Shown here piece by piece: positions 32,437 to 42,969 of a stretch of 64,000 nt of DNA. Source of the DNA: a virus. Positions within the stretch are counted from its first letter, which is position 1; each line of letters begins with the position of its first letter. Where the stretch lies: IMG/VR virus record IMGVR_UViG_3300032236_000765, positions 1 to 64,000 of that record; one strand, written 5' to 3'. The position numbers and the translations under genes were made by a program. Below the pieces are notes generated by a model. That model saw nothing but the letters and a program-made list of their open reading frames with translations. It was not told the DNA's origin and made no database searches.

Positions 32437-35400
32437 TTATTTTTCTTCTAAGTAATCTGTATTTTCGGATAATTTTTTAGTTACTTGTTTCTTTATCCAT
32501 TTATCCGGAATCATATGATGCTTCTTAACAAAATCATCATGCAGTTTGTCACCAGTCAAGTGGTATTCTTTGCAGATCAATTGCATCATCTTATCGATCT
32601 TATCATAATTGAGCTTTATACCTCGATCTTTAGCTTTCAATAATGCTTTCTCTAGTTGTTCAACACTACCGGATTTTTCTTTACCAGTAACATGTGTTGG
32701 CTTCATCTTACCTTTTAGTTTAACTTTCGCTTCACTTAGTAATCTGACAAACTTAGCTTTTTGCCTTAGAGTAGCTTCTCCCAGCAGAGGTTTAATACGA
32801 TCAATGAACTCTTTGATTTCTTGTTGCTTCATACCTGCTGCGGCAGTATTCATCAATGTCTTGACCCAGTCGATACCTAATTTTTTAGTGTCAAATGCCT
32901 TTGACCATAGATTTAATTTATCATGTTCACTGGCATTTGGATCCTTCAGAATATCACGGAGCATAGTGAAACTAATACCAGTACCACCTTTGTCTGCTTC
33001 ACGTTCTGTTCTGACAGTCTCGAAGTCTACTTGATCTTGTGTACCGCCATACTTAGCAACAGCTTCCGGATCCTTCATTCTCTTTGAGAGAGAATCCATC
33101 CACTTCTTCATGCTTTCGTAGCGATCACTTCCTACAAGAAGAATGATCTTATTGTAAGGACTGTTTTCTGGAATAACAAGTTCCTTTTCGATCTTCTTCA
33201 TTGGAGTTCCACCTGGATTCCATATCTGTATATTATTGCTATAGTCAGGATATAGCTTACGAAGTGTCTTTAACTTCATATCAGGTGGAATAGGATCGTC
33301 TGGTCCAACTACAGGGCTAACAAAAATATAAGGGTCACCCTTTACACTATTTGCAAGAGCAATAGTTTGATTGATTAATTGTTGATGTCCTCTGTGACCA
33401 ACAAAGCTACCGATAGTCACAACAGCAGGTTTGGTACGATTGCTTGCTACTGTGCTGCTGGCTGTTTTCTTTGCAGCCATTTTATCTTTCATATCGCTGC
33501 TTGTTACTTTAACAAGCATACCGTTGGGTAGATTAATCACGAGACCTTCGATTATCTTACCTAACTGATCCTTGCCTTCTAGCCTTGGGCTATTGATAAT
33601 AGCATCACTTAATTCTTTACGAGCGTGGGTTAAAATCTCTTTTGCTTTAGCCTTTTGTGCAGACTCACCGCGTGACTTCACAGCAGCTAGTAATGCATCA
33701 GCATTATTAACGATAGGATCTACAATAGAACTCACATCTAGATCACGTTGCTTCAATTGATTATTAACAATCTTGATTTCTTTGGTGCTATCTCTTAACA
33801 ATTCATATTTGATCTTAGCTGCGTCGGGTCTTGGTTCACCAGTGCTATAAGTTTTCACACTGAATGGAACCAAAGTCATGATCGTACCTAGCTTCTTTTG
33901 ATCATATGGAATATTAACAAATACGATACCGTTATCAGATCGTTTACCCATAGGCATGAATAACATTTCTGCTTGTACGATAGTATCATTCGGTAATCGC
34001 TTGATGAAGTCAGAAGTCACGATAGTCTTCAAGGCTTCGTCATATAATTTTGTGAAAGAAAGGCGCTCGGGGTCTTGCCCCATGCTACGGCCATATTTTT
34101 CAAAGTCGCCGTAATTCTCAGCATACTTAGGATCAGTTACCTTTGAAGTCATGAAGAATGGCTTGCCTTGTTCATCCTTACCGAAACGAACGCCTGCACC
34201 GTCTACCTTGAGATTGATAGGAGCACCATCAAGTTTACCGCCCATACCTGCAATCTCTTGGCACATACGAATGAAGTCAGCATCCTTCATCTCAACACTG
34301 CTGCCTGGACTATAGATATGCGGAATTCCCTTGCGTTTATAATCAGGTGCAGCTTCGTCAAGTGCTCTCTTTGCCATATTCTTGACGATCTCATTAGTGT
34401 TTTCACTATCATCTGTCGATGTCATCTTGTATCCAGCATAATAATCCTTCATCATCTGATCAAGATTACTAGGCTTAGGCATCTTTAGCATATTAAACAT
34501 ATGATTGATAGCTGTAGTTTTTTCTGCTCGGTCTTTACCGGGGTTATTCTTATACATTCCCTGAGCACCTGGACCAACTACTTTCAACAAGAATGCATGT
34601 ACAACGTGCTGTTTTTCTTCAGGTGAAAGTAGATGGTTCATTACATCAAGCAAGCCGGAGAATGACCAGAATTTATTTGATATCTCTCGTGCTTGCTTTG
34701 GGTCTAATCTCTTACCGAGAATAGTTTGAAAAATCTTACCGATATCTTGAATATAACCCGAGGTCGGTGCTGCTCGCATGACTGGTTTACCATCTTTATA
34801 TTCTGGTTTTCCAGTCATTCCATCCATAACAGGTTCATACTTTGCTCTTAATCCACCGCCTTCTTTAGACGATACTGCAAAGCTATACATATTGTCTACT
34901 GTGAGTACATCTTCTTCTTTTCGTGCTTTACCACGACCGACCAACTTACGCAAGTAAAATTCTTGACGAGTCAAAGAGGTAAATGCTTGAATCAATAGTT
35001 TATGGAATACACCTTTGACTCCTGATTGCAAATCATCCCAAGATGAGCTATGGCTGAATCTTGCCCAATCAGTTGGTTTATTATTTACGAATTCTACAAA
35101 CTCAAAGTCAATCTGAACTTTTATAGGAGGATCCTGTAGTTCCCACAAAGAACTGAACTGTTCATTGCCGCGTTGAAATCCGCGAAGAATTGAAGGGCCG
35201 ATCTGCTTATCTTCATTCTCGGTTAGGAATTCTCTTAATTCTAATTCTAATTCTTTGTCTACCATCGTATCCATATCGCCGACGGTTGGCTTCTTGGCTA
35301 CGAATGTTTCGTCAGGAATACCCTTGACATTGAAGAAGTGCAAACTAGAACCACTCAGGAATTCTCCGCTACTTAATAATTCAGGACTCCATAATGGTTT

Positions 35401-35583
35401 TCTAAATTTTCTAGCAAATGCAGCATCAATGGACATGAGCAGGTTATTGAGAATAGGTACGATATATTTTCTATTCGTTACCTTAAGATCGAGGTGTTGC
35501 GCCTCATGGCCGCGAATAGCGAGATTGCCACCTTCTAGCAAACGACGTTTACGATTTTCTGCAATACCCCTTGAAGTCTTCAT
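32437..35583 (-). CDS. Three-domain protein: Pol-beta-type nucleotidyltransferase, RNA-ligase-like and HIGH cytidylyl/adenylyltransferase
   Basis: SGSS..GDMD..QID; KVDG..QAEML..EGLV..VK; GHRGH..VGSDR..GIS.T.LR. Confidence 0.7.
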   Translation of the reverse strand: MKTSRGIAENRKRRLLEGGNLAIRGHEAQHLDLKVTNRKYIVPILNNLLMSIDAAFARKFRKPLWSPELLSSGEFLSGSSLHFFNVKGIPDETFVAKKPTVGDMDTMVDKELELELREFLTENEDKQIGPSILRGFQRGNEQFSSLWELQDPPIKVQIDFEFVEFVNNKPTDWARFSHSSSWDDLQSGVKGVFHKLLIQAFTSLTRQEFYLRKLVGRGKARKEEDVLTVDNMYSFAVSSKEGGGLRAKYEPVMDGMTGKPEYKDGKPVMRAAPTSGYIQDIGKIFQTILGKRLDPKQAREISNKFWSFSGLLDVMNHLLSPEEKQHVVHAFLLKVVGPGAQGMYKNNPGKDRAEKTTAINHMFNMLKMPKPSNLDQMMKDYYAGYKMTSTDDSENTNEIVKNMAKRALDEAAPDYKRKGIPHIYSPGSSVEMKDADFIRMCQEIAGMGGKLDGAPINLKVDGAGVRFGKDEQGKPFFMTSKVTDPKYAENYGDFEKYGRSMGQDPERLSFTKLYDEALKTIVTSDFIKRLPNDTIVQAEMLFMPMGKRSDNGIVFVNIPYDQKKLGTIMTLVPFSVKTYSTGEPRPDAAKIKYELLRDSTKEIKIVNNQLKQRDLDVSSIVDPIVNNADALLAAVKSRGESAQKAKAKEILTHARKELSDAIINSPRLEGKDQLGKIIEGLVINLPNGMLVKVTSSDMKDKMAAKKTASSTVASNRTKPAVVTIGSFVGHRGHQQLINQTIALANSVKGDPYIFVSPVVGPDDPIPPDMKLKTLRKLYPDYSNNIQIWNPGGTPMKKIEKELVIPENSPYNKIILLVGSDRYESMKKWMDSLSKRMKDPEAVAKYGGTQDQVDFETVRTEREADKGGTGISFTMLRDILKDPNASEHDKLNLWSKAFDTKKLGIDWVKTLMNTAAAGMKQQEIKEFIDRIKPLLGEATLRQKAKFVRLLSEAKVKLKGKMKPTHVTGKEKSGSVEQLEKALLKAKDRGIKLNYDKIDKMMQLICKEYHLTGDKLHDDFVKKHHMIPDKWIKKQVTKKLSENTDYLEEK

Positions 35584-35585
35584 GA

Positions 35586-35972
35586 TTAATAACTAAGCTT
35601 TACGTAATTAACTCCGCCGTTTTGGAAATCTACAATTTTAGCTCTCATATAAACGAAGTTACCTTCAATGTTGGTATACATTGAAGCATTGGATGCGATC
35701 TGTGGGGCAGAATTAGCAGGAGCATATGCATTAGCATCTAGCTCATATACTTTAAACCAATCAGTATCTGCTGGAGTAGTAGCTAATGTAGCTTCGATCA
35801 CGATATTACCTACACAGCTTGTTAGACTGATGTTTACAGTCTGCAAGTCTCTGTTGCCTAGATAATATGCTGCGGCAGGTTGTGAATTACCTACGACTGT
35901 GTAGGGTGCACCGTTGCCTGGATTATTATACGCTGTTTGCGGAAGAAGGATCAGAGTAGTACCTTGAGACAT
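35586..35972 (-). CDS. Hypothetical beta-rich structural protein
   Basis: G.IVIEATLA..P...DWF...GNFVYMRAK. Confidence 0.65.
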   Translation of the reverse strand: MSQGTTLILLPQTAYNNPGNGAPYTVVGNSQPAAAYYLGNRDLQTVNISLTSCVGNIVIEATLATTPADTDWFKVYELDANAYAPANSAPQIASNASMYTNIEGNFVYMRAKIVDFQNGGVNYVKLSY

Positions 35973-36136
35973 TATGCTCTCTCGACCTCTACTAAGACAC
36001 CTTCTCCTGCGAGTTCTTGTGCTACCTGCTCTAATGCAGCTTGCACATCTTCTGTGACAATTGCATCTGTCGGATCGTTGTCCTTTACAAGTTTCGACAA
36101 CTTGATGACAACCACATCCTCAATCATTTTAGCCAT
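35972..36136 (-). CDS. Small hypothetical protein (54 aa, MAKMIEDVVV...)
   Basis: GGAG SD, GATAAATA upstream, TAATG coupling to next gene. Confidence 0.7.
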   Translation of the reverse strand: MAKMIEDVVVIKLSKLVKDNDPTDAIVTEDVQAALEQVAQELAGEGVLVEVERA

Positions 36137-36172
36137 AAAATACTCCGTTATTACAGAGTATTTATCTTAGTC

Positions 36173-36856
36173 CTATTTCTTTTCTAATTTGTAGGATTTG
36201 CCAAGTATCCCCGGAAACATCAGATGCATCATAGTCAAGTTCTTCTCATCATTGTAGTTGAAATACTGACCAGTATGAAACCATGCCTTCTTGAATTCTC
36301 TACGCAGCGCCATTTTAAGTGCATCGCTAGGAGAAACATCAGGAGTACGGTTTAGATAATCAAGAATATCTTTTCTGATTGATCCTTCTCTATTTACATT
36401 CCTACAATAAACCCTATATACGGCAGGAGGATCCTTTTTAAAATAGATCACTCCTGCCGGCATGGGTGTTACATGGGTAATCGTAGCAGCAGGATAAAAG
36501 GATAGCAGTTCGTTTATAATACTGATATCATTCGTGAATACACCAGCACTGTCTCGTTCATGCCGCAGACAAACCCTACTATCATTCTTATACTTGTTTC
36601 GGAAATTAATATATTTCTCAATCAGATCATAATTTATTTTAGCTACGTTTATTTTTCTACCTTCATACCATCTAGGATTCTCAGCTTCTTCCTCAATACG
36701 AGCCTTGATACGTTCATTGTATCCTTGAAAATCACTCACATAAGAAGCCCAGTACAACTCTGGAATTTCCAGAGTTGCTCTATAAGCGAACTTCTTATAG
36801 AAGAGTGTTAATCTGTCTTTGCTCTTAATTTTCGAGTTGGATAATGCCGTCATCAC
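36173..36856 (-). CDS. Hypothetical protein
   Basis: 227-aa ORF downstream of clpA; start uncertain. Confidence 0.65.
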   Translation of the reverse strand: MMTALSNSKIKSKDRLTLFYKKFAYRATLEIPELYWASYVSDFQGYNERIKARIEEEAENPRWYEGRKINVAKINYDLIEKYINFRNKYKNDSRVCLRHERDSAGVFTNDISIINELLSFYPAATITHVTPMPAGVIYFKKDPPAVYRVYCRNVNREGSIRKDILDYLNRTPDVSPSDALKMALRREFKKAWFHTGQYFNYNDEKNLTMMHLMFPGILGKSYKLEKK

Positions 36857-39095
36857 CGATCCTTGCAGCCTGTTTTTGAGTCACATTAAATACAATCTCA
36901 CCGTTTTCCATAACTGCCATGATATTTGCGTTATTGATACGTTCAAACAAAATCTTCTTAGAGAGCGGCACACGAACAACCTCATCGATCTTTCGTGCTA
37001 GAGGACGTGCACCCATCTTGCTATCATATCCAATTTCTGCAAGGTGATCAACCACTGACTCAGCTAGATTGAGAGTGATATTATGCTTGTCTAGTAGCGG
37101 CTTCTTGAGTTCTTCCACAAACTTGATAACAATCTTCTTGATAGAAAGATGATCCAGCTTGTTGAACTTGCAGACCATATCAAGGCGATTTCGGAACTCA
37201 GGCTTGAAGAACTGCTTGAGAGCCTTATCATCTTCACCTGTTCGTTCAAGGCTACCGAATCCGATATTGTTTCGTTCGTTGTCAGCCGAACCTAGATTTG
37301 AAGTCAGGATGATGAGGGTATTCTTCATCGAAACCTGCTTACCATTCGATCCAGTGATGACACCTTCATCCAACATCTGCAAGAAGATGTTAAAGATATC
37401 TGGGTGAGCCTTTTCAACTTCATCGAACAGCAGGATTGAGTGCGGGTTCTTGCTCAGGTCTGAAATTAGGCGTCCACCTTGTACTTGTGAATCACCAAAG
37501 CCCACATAACCCGGGGGAGGACCAATCAAGCTGCTTACGCTATGCTTCTCACTGTACTCAGACATATCGTACTTGAGAAGCGGCATATCCAAATTCTTAG
37601 ACAGCAGCTTGGCCAATTCTGTTTTACCCGTGCCCGTCGGGCCCAAGAACAAGAAGCTCGCAATCGGTTTCTTATCGTTACCGATTCCCGCAAACGAGAC
37701 ATACACACGTTCAAGAACCTTATCCACAGTCTCATCCTGACCGTAGAGCTTGTTCTTGACATTCATTTCAAGGTGATTGATGCGATCATAATTATCACCG
37801 CTCAACTTGTCAGCAGGAACACCAGTGAACTTCTCCACCTGTTCATGAATGAGTTCTTTGGTGATCATCGCATCCTTGTTTTCGAGCACCCGCTGCTTTG
37901 CACATGCAGCATCGATCAGGTCAATAGACTTGTCAGGATTCTTACGATCATGAATATAACGATCTGCATTGTCAACCGCAGCTTCGATTGCTTCCTCAGT
38001 GATGTTCACTTCATGGAATTCGCTCAGACGAGCTGCGAGACCATTGAGAATGCGAATCGTAGAATCACGAGAAGGTTCATCAATCGTTACCTTGTAGAAT
38101 CGACGCATCAATGCACGATCCTTCTCAAACGATTCATAGAACTCTTCCCAAGTTGTAGAAGCAATCACCTTGAGATTACCCTTAGTAATAGCAGGCTTCA
38201 ACATGTTTGCGAAGTCTGTTCCACCGCCGTTACCTGTATTGCCTGCACCCTGCATTGTATGTGCTTCGTCGATGAACAGAATCGCTTTCTTCTTTACAGA
38301 AAGTGCTTCAAGGACATTCTTGACCTTTTCTTCAAAGTCACCGCGATAGCGAGACCCTGCTAGCAGCGAACCAATCTCAAGTGAATAGAGTTCGTAGCCT
38401 GATAAGAATTCAGGAACTTCATCATCCACGATTGCATTAGCGATTCCTTCTGCGATTGCAGTCTTACCGACACCCGGGTCACCGACCATCAATACGTTGG
38501 ACTTGAAACGCTTTGCGAGAACATTAATGATATCATTGATCTCTGACGCACGACCAATGACCGGCTCAAGCTTGCCCTTACGAGCAAGGTCGGTGAGATT
38601 GATCGTGTATTCTTCGAGGATCTCGTCAGCTTGATTATCAGAAATATTACCAACAAAGTCACCGCCCTTGTAATGGCGCTGCCAGTGAACGAGGAACTCA
38701 CTTTTGGTGACACCATACTTCAGAAGGAAGTAATGACCGTGGCTGTTATTCTCATGGATGATGCTCATATACAAGTCAATCGTTGTGACTTGTCGGCGAC
38801 CGCTGAACAGAACCTGCGTGACACTGCGATTCATCACACGTTCAAGCGTGTTGGTTCGCTTAGGAAGGATATTAGGATCCTTGCTTTCGATAGCATGGAG
38901 ACCATTCAAGTATGCTTCTACTTCTTGAATCATTAGTTCGATTTCAACACCGAAACTATTCAGGCATTTCTTGAACGGTGGGTGAGAGATGAGTGACCAT
39001 AGTAGATGTTCTACTGTGCAATATTCATGCTGGCGTTCCTTTGCAGAACCTATTGCACGTTCAATGATATTTTCAATCTCAGGGGAAGGTTGCAA
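36825..39095 (-). CDS. clpA: ClpA-like AAA+ unfoldase
   Basis: Clp-N domain, two Walker A motifs (GDPGVGKT, GPTGTGKT), GYVG pore loop, IGF loop, no M-domain. Confidence 0.93.
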   Translation of the reverse strand: MQPSPEIENIIERAIGSAKERQHEYCTVEHLLWSLISHPPFKKCLNSFGVEIELMIQEVEAYLNGLHAIESKDPNILPKRTNTLERVMNRSVTQVLFSGRRQVTTIDLYMSIIHENNSHGHYFLLKYGVTKSEFLVHWQRHYKGGDFVGNISDNQADEILEEYTINLTDLARKGKLEPVIGRASEINDIINVLAKRFKSNVLMVGDPGVGKTAIAEGIANAIVDDEVPEFLSGYELYSLEIGSLLAGSRYRGDFEEKVKNVLEALSVKKKAILFIDEAHTMQGAGNTGNGGGTDFANMLKPAITKGNLKVIASTTWEEFYESFEKDRALMRRFYKVTIDEPSRDSTIRILNGLAARLSEFHEVNITEEAIEAAVDNADRYIHDRKNPDKSIDLIDAACAKQRVLENKDAMITKELIHEQVEKFTGVPADKLSGDNYDRINHLEMNVKNKLYGQDETVDKVLERVYVSFAGIGNDKKPIASFLFLGPTGTGKTELAKLLSKNLDMPLLKYDMSEYSEKHSVSSLIGPPPGYVGFGDSQVQGGRLISDLSKNPHSILLFDEVEKAHPDIFNIFLQMLDEGVITGSNGKQVSMKNTLIILTSNLGSADNERNNIGFGSLERTGEDDKALKQFFKPEFRNRLDMVCKFNKLDHLSIKKIVIKFVEELKKPLLDKHNITLNLAESVVDHLAEIGYDSKMGARPLARKIDEVVRVPLSKKILFERINNANIMAVMENGEIVFNVTQKQAARIGDDGIIQLEN

Positions 39096-39119
39096 TCTTT
39101 AAATCCTTTTCAATTTTAT

Positions 39120-39926
39120 TTAGTTTGAGGTATTCTGATGTTGCTTGATAGTATCTATGATGTCAGAGTTTATATTAGCAGGGATGAATGGCTTAAGCAA
39201 GAGTATTTGGTCTCCTCGCATACCATTTCCTGCAGGCATACCATATCCACCTAATCTAATCTGTTGATATGGTTGCGTTCCTGCAGGTATGTTGACTTCT
39301 AAGGTACTTCCACTTAATGTCGTAAATTCTACCTTAGTACCTACAATCAAATCAAGCACCGATATAGAGACATTTGAATATAGATTATCGCCTTCACGGT
39401 TAAACTTGAGATCAGGCTGGATAACAAATTCGATTATGAGTGAAGCTTCATCCAATACATTATCATAACGCACGTTTTGACCTGATTGAATTCCTTCAGG
39501 TATCTTTATGGTAATCGCTTTCATACCCATAGGGGTACCTAGCTGTAGTATCTGTTCTGCCCCATTATAAACATCAAGCAATGATATGGATACGCGGGTG
39601 CGATAAACCTGTCGCTGTGAGGTTTGAGATTGGTGAAATGGATTGTTTTGTCCAAATGCTTGAGAGAACAATCCATTTAAATCAAATCCATTAATATTAA
39701 ATGAAAAACCTCCCGGATGATTCATAAATTGTTGTGGAGCAGGATTATCATACGCAGCACGTTTCTGAGGATCGCTCAGTGTATCATATGCTGTTTGGAT
39801 TTCTTGGAATTTGTTTTGATCGCCGCCCCTATCAGGATGGTGCTGCATCGCAAGTTTGCGATATGCTTTTTTGATTTCTTCTGCTGAGGCGGTACGCTGT
39901 ATGCCTAGAGTATTATAATGATCCAT
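39120..39926 (-). CDS. dnaJ: DnaJ/CbpA-type co-chaperone
   Basis: J-domain HPD, G/F region, C-terminal domain, no Zn finger. Confidence 0.92.
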   Translation of the reverse strand: MDHYNTLGIQRTASAEEIKKAYRKLAMQHHPDRGGDQNKFQEIQTAYDTLSDPQKRAAYDNPAPQQFMNHPGGFSFNINGFDLNGLFSQAFGQNNPFHQSQTSQRQVYRTRVSISLLDVYNGAEQILQLGTPMGMKAITIKIPEGIQSGQNVRYDNVLDEASLIIEFVIQPDLKFNREGDNLYSNVSISVLDLIVGTKVEFTTLSGSTLEVNIPAGTQPYQQIRLGGYGMPAGNGMRGDQILLLKPFIPANINSDIIDTIKQHQNTSN

Positions 39927-39932
39927 TGTCAT

Positions 39933-39961
39933 AATATAACACCCAGAGAATTATTTGTCAA
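39933..39961 (-). promoter_or_regulatory. Sigma70-type promoter (dnaJ-clpA)
   Basis: TTGACA-N17-TATATT. Confidence 0.8.
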
Positions 39962-39965
39962 GTGT

Positions 39966-40535
39966 TTACTTACCTGGAACTGCCGCCCCTACCGCAGTCG
40001 ATACTGTTGATGCACCTTGAATCTTCTCTTGAGTACGACCATATGCAGCAATACCTAAAACAGCACCCATTGCGATATGGAATAGACCAGCACCCTGAAG
40101 TGATAGTGGTTGCCATGGTGTAGTGACACTACCCTTGCTCATTGCTTGAAGTACAGACCAAGCGACAGGGAAAATGATAAAGTCACATACACAAACTGCC
40201 ATGTACATCCAACCCATCATTGGGCGCCACTTCTTATTGATGAAGTCTTCATTTGTATTTGCGACTAGTACATCTGCACCTTGTGCAGCATTGCTTCCGG
40301 CTTGGGTTAATGCGGCATTATTAAGATTCATCAACTGATTTGCTTGTTCATTTTTTTGTTGCATATCTTTATAAAACTCCTTATCAGTTACCATACTTTG
40401 TGTATGCTCGTCATTCTTACCTATGACTTGTAATTCAGGACTAGCATTCTTTTCTGGAAGAATCAAGGTAGTACTGGATGCAGTGTTATCGGTTGAGGAG
40501 ACATCATTATCGTCGTTGTCAGTATCGTCCGCCAT
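39966..40535 (-). CDS. 3TM holin-like membrane protein
   Basis: KWRPMMGWMY..VC..DF.IFP, MGAVLG..AYGRT.EK. Confidence 0.7.
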   Translation of the reverse strand: MADDTDNDDNDVSSTDNTASSTTLILPEKNASPELQVIGKNDEHTQSMVTDKEFYKDMQQKNEQANQLMNLNNAALTQAGSNAAQGADVLVANTNEDFINKKWRPMMGWMYMAVCVCDFIIFPVAWSVLQAMSKGSVTTPWQPLSLQGAGLFHIAMGAVLGIAAYGRTQEKIQGASTVSTAVGAAVPGK

Positions 40536-40538
40536 AAA

Positions 40539-41081
40539 TTAAATCCTTGCCATGTCTTTTATATTTTTGATATACTCATCTTCTGAATAAGTTGGTTTAG
40601 TTTTCAACCCTGCAATAGTGCGAAATTCATTGAGTTCTTCTTCTGATTCTTTTCTAGCTTTATATTCATTTGGGTTAAGAATCATATTCTTTGCGATGAT
40701 AATCGGATCAGCCGGAACTACTGTACCTTCGATATTTATTTTCCAATTTTTTAATTTTATTCCAGTCAATGTTTCTAGATCAGAGAGTAAATCACAGATA
40801 CGTGTTGGAACTTTAGAACGACGATCCATTTCAACGAATACTAGATATTTTCCTGGTTCCAATTCACCGTCACTGATGCTCGCATCTAGTACCCAGTCAT
40901 AACCTCTCTCAAACCATGTAACTAAATCTGTTCCTGCTAGCTTAGAATTTACCATGAAAGTTAAGGTGACTATATCCTTATCGGGGCCCATCTTAGCTGC
41001 ATATTCATCAACTGTGATTGTATTCTTCAGTTGATCTTTCATATCCATATATTCAAGGCCTTCGTTTAATGTTCTCATCAT
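40539..41081 (-). CDS. Conserved hypothetical phage protein
   Basis: LNEG leader; VDEY.AKMG, FERGYDWVLDA. Confidence 0.75.
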   Translation of the reverse strand: MMRTLNEGLEYMDMKDQLKNTITVDEYAAKMGPDKDIVTLTFMVNSKLAGTDLVTWFERGYDWVLDASISDGELEPGKYLVFVEMDRRSKVPTRICDLLSDLETLTGIKLKNWKINIEGTVVPADPIIIAKNMILNPNEYKARKESEEELNEFRTIAGLKTKPTYSEDEYIKNIKDMARI

Positions 41082-41086
41082 TGCAC

Positions 41087-41677
41087 CTATATTTGTAAGC
41101 CCTGGCCTGCTGGGTTAGGTTGACCTTGTGCTACATTTGGATTCTGATCACCTGTCTTAGTTGTATCATCCAAATCTTCATTGTATGCATCTTCGATTTC
41201 ACTTAGGTCAATCGTAGCATCAGCAATATCAATACTACCTTCTTTGATATCATCCATGAGTTCTAGCGGAATCTCGATTTCAACAAACCATACTTTACGT
41301 TTTTGCATCTTAGGATATCTAGTGCTTGGAACAAAATCTTCATAATCTTTTACTTCGACCGGAACCTCAAGTTCTGATTTTCCAAAACGTACATTGCATC
41401 CTATATTTGTCAAGCGCAATGCTCCCTTAGGATCAGGCATTAGCTTATATGGCCACATGAATATACATTTACAAGAATATCGTCCTAAGACAGGACCTTG
41501 TACTAGTTCTCCTATTATCCAGTTTTTATATGCATACAAATCTGCTTCATCAAGAACACGCTCGAAATCAAGCAAGCTGGAAATAGACCCGTCACTCATA
41601 TAGACGCCTCGGATGGTATCTACGATGCTGACGAAGTTAATATCATTAAAGAATGAATCTGCTGGTAAACTTTTCAT
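41087..41677 (-). CDS. Conserved hypothetical phage protein
   Basis: DFERVLD..DLYAYKNW..GELV.GP, MPDP.GA.RL; start revised after GATAAATA. Confidence 0.75.
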   Translation of the reverse strand: MKSLPADSFFNDINFVSIVDTIRGVYMSDGSISSLLDFERVLDEADLYAYKNWIIGELVQGPVLGRYSCKCIFMWPYKLMPDPKGALRLTNIGCNVRFGKSELEVPVEVKDYEDFVPSTRYPKMQKRKVWFVEIEIPLELMDDIKEGSIDIADATIDLSEIEDAYNEDLDDTTKTGDQNPNVAQGQPNPAGQGLQI

Positions 41678-41857
41678 GATTGTATTTATCTTTGGTAAGA
41701 CCAAAATGAGGAAAGGGTTAAACTTCCAGTAATCAAGTACTGTATTTATCACCGGAAACTATTTAACACGTACTCATAGATTACTCAATATGCCGTTTTT
41801 AAATACATCTGAGAACAAAAGTTCTCCAGTAAAATATAATATCTTAGGAGATCAAAC

Positions 41858-42637
41858 TTGCCTAAAAGAAGATCAAACGCACAACCAAGAGACAGAGACA
41901 GAGAATATAACAGAAAGAGATATTCAGACGAGAAGACGTTCTACATGAAAGAGTCCAAGACAATCGACTTTAATCAAACCCAACCCAAGAAAGTCCGAAA
42001 ACCAGTCGAGCTAGTGCCTCAGAGCATAAATCAGGAAAAATACATCATCGCATTGACCGACCCTGAAACAGATATCGTAGTGGTAAGTGGACCTGCGGGA
42101 ACAGGTAAGACATATCTAGCAATGCTAGCAGCCATCAAAGCGATGAGACAAGGAGACTGTAATAAAATTTTACTAACAAGACCGGCCGTAGCCGTCGATG
42201 ATGAGAAGCATGGATTCTTACCTGGCGACCTAAATTCTAAAATGGAACCGTGGGTAAGACCTCTATTCGACGTACTAAAAGAGTTCTATACTACAACAGA
42301 ACTCGAATATATGGTCAAAGAACAAGTTATCGAAATTGTTCCACTAGCATTCTGCCGTGGACGCAATTTTAAACATAGTTGGATCATACTAGATGAAGCT
42401 CAGAACGCTACACCTAGCCAGATGAAAATGTTGATGACTAGAATCGGTGAAGGGAGTAAGATAGTCATTACTGGAGATGTGGAACAGACTGATCGTAGAA
42501 CACCTGAAAATGGACTTTTGGACCTAAAGTACAAGATTGAAAATTATCGTGTACCTGGAATGAAAGCGTGTGAGTTTGACGTTAAGGATATTAGAAGACA
42601 TGAAATTATCGAACATGTCTTGAAAATGTATTCATGA
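41858..42637 (+). CDS. phoH: PhoH-family ATPase
   Basis: GPAGTGKTYLA, LTRPAV, GFLPGD, RGR.F, DEAQN, TGD..Q.D. Confidence 0.95.
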   Translation: MPKRRSNAQPRDRDREYNRKRYSDEKTFYMKESKTIDFNQTQPKKVRKPVELVPQSINQEKYIIALTDPETDIVVVSGPAGTGKTYLAMLAAIKAMRQGDCNKILLTRPAVAVDDEKHGFLPGDLNSKMEPWVRPLFDVLKEFYTTTELEYMVKEQVIEIVPLAFCRGRNFKHSWIILDEAQNATPSQMKMLMTRIGEGSKIVITGDVEQTDRRTPENGLLDLKYKIENYRVPGMKACEFDVKDIRRHEIIEHVLKMYS

Positions 42638-42645
42638 GAATACGG

Positions 42646-42676
42646 TAAACGGGGCTAATGCCCCGTTTACTTTTTT
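42646..42676. terminator. Terminator between convergent genes
   Basis: TAAACGGGGC-TAAT-GCCCCGTTTA followed by a T-run. Confidence 0.8.
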
Positions 42677-42969
42677 AGCGTCTGTTGTAGACTAGCACGT
42701 TGTTTCTCTACTGTAGCAGTGAGCGGAGCTTCACGCTCTAACTGTTCCACTAGTGTAGGATAAACCTTAGCATAATAGTCACGCATTAGTTCAAATGTAG
42801 TAGGATGTTCCTTACCTTCAATGACACATTTGACTACCTTATTCTCAGCAAAGTCAAGAATAACACTATGCGAGTTCATATCAGAGGTGCGAACTCGCTT
42901 ACCGACAGTGACCATTTCGTCAATCTGTCCATTTTCTTTTCTAGCAAAAGTGATCAATAGGTATCTCAT
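42667..42969 (-). CDS. Hypothetical protein
   Basis: ATGA-coupled ORF. Confidence 0.75.
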   Translation of the reverse strand: MRYLLITFARKENGQIDEMVTVGKRVRTSDMNSHSVILDFAENKVVKCVIEGKEHPTTFELMRDYYAKVYPTLVEQLEREAPLTATVEKQRASLQQTLKK

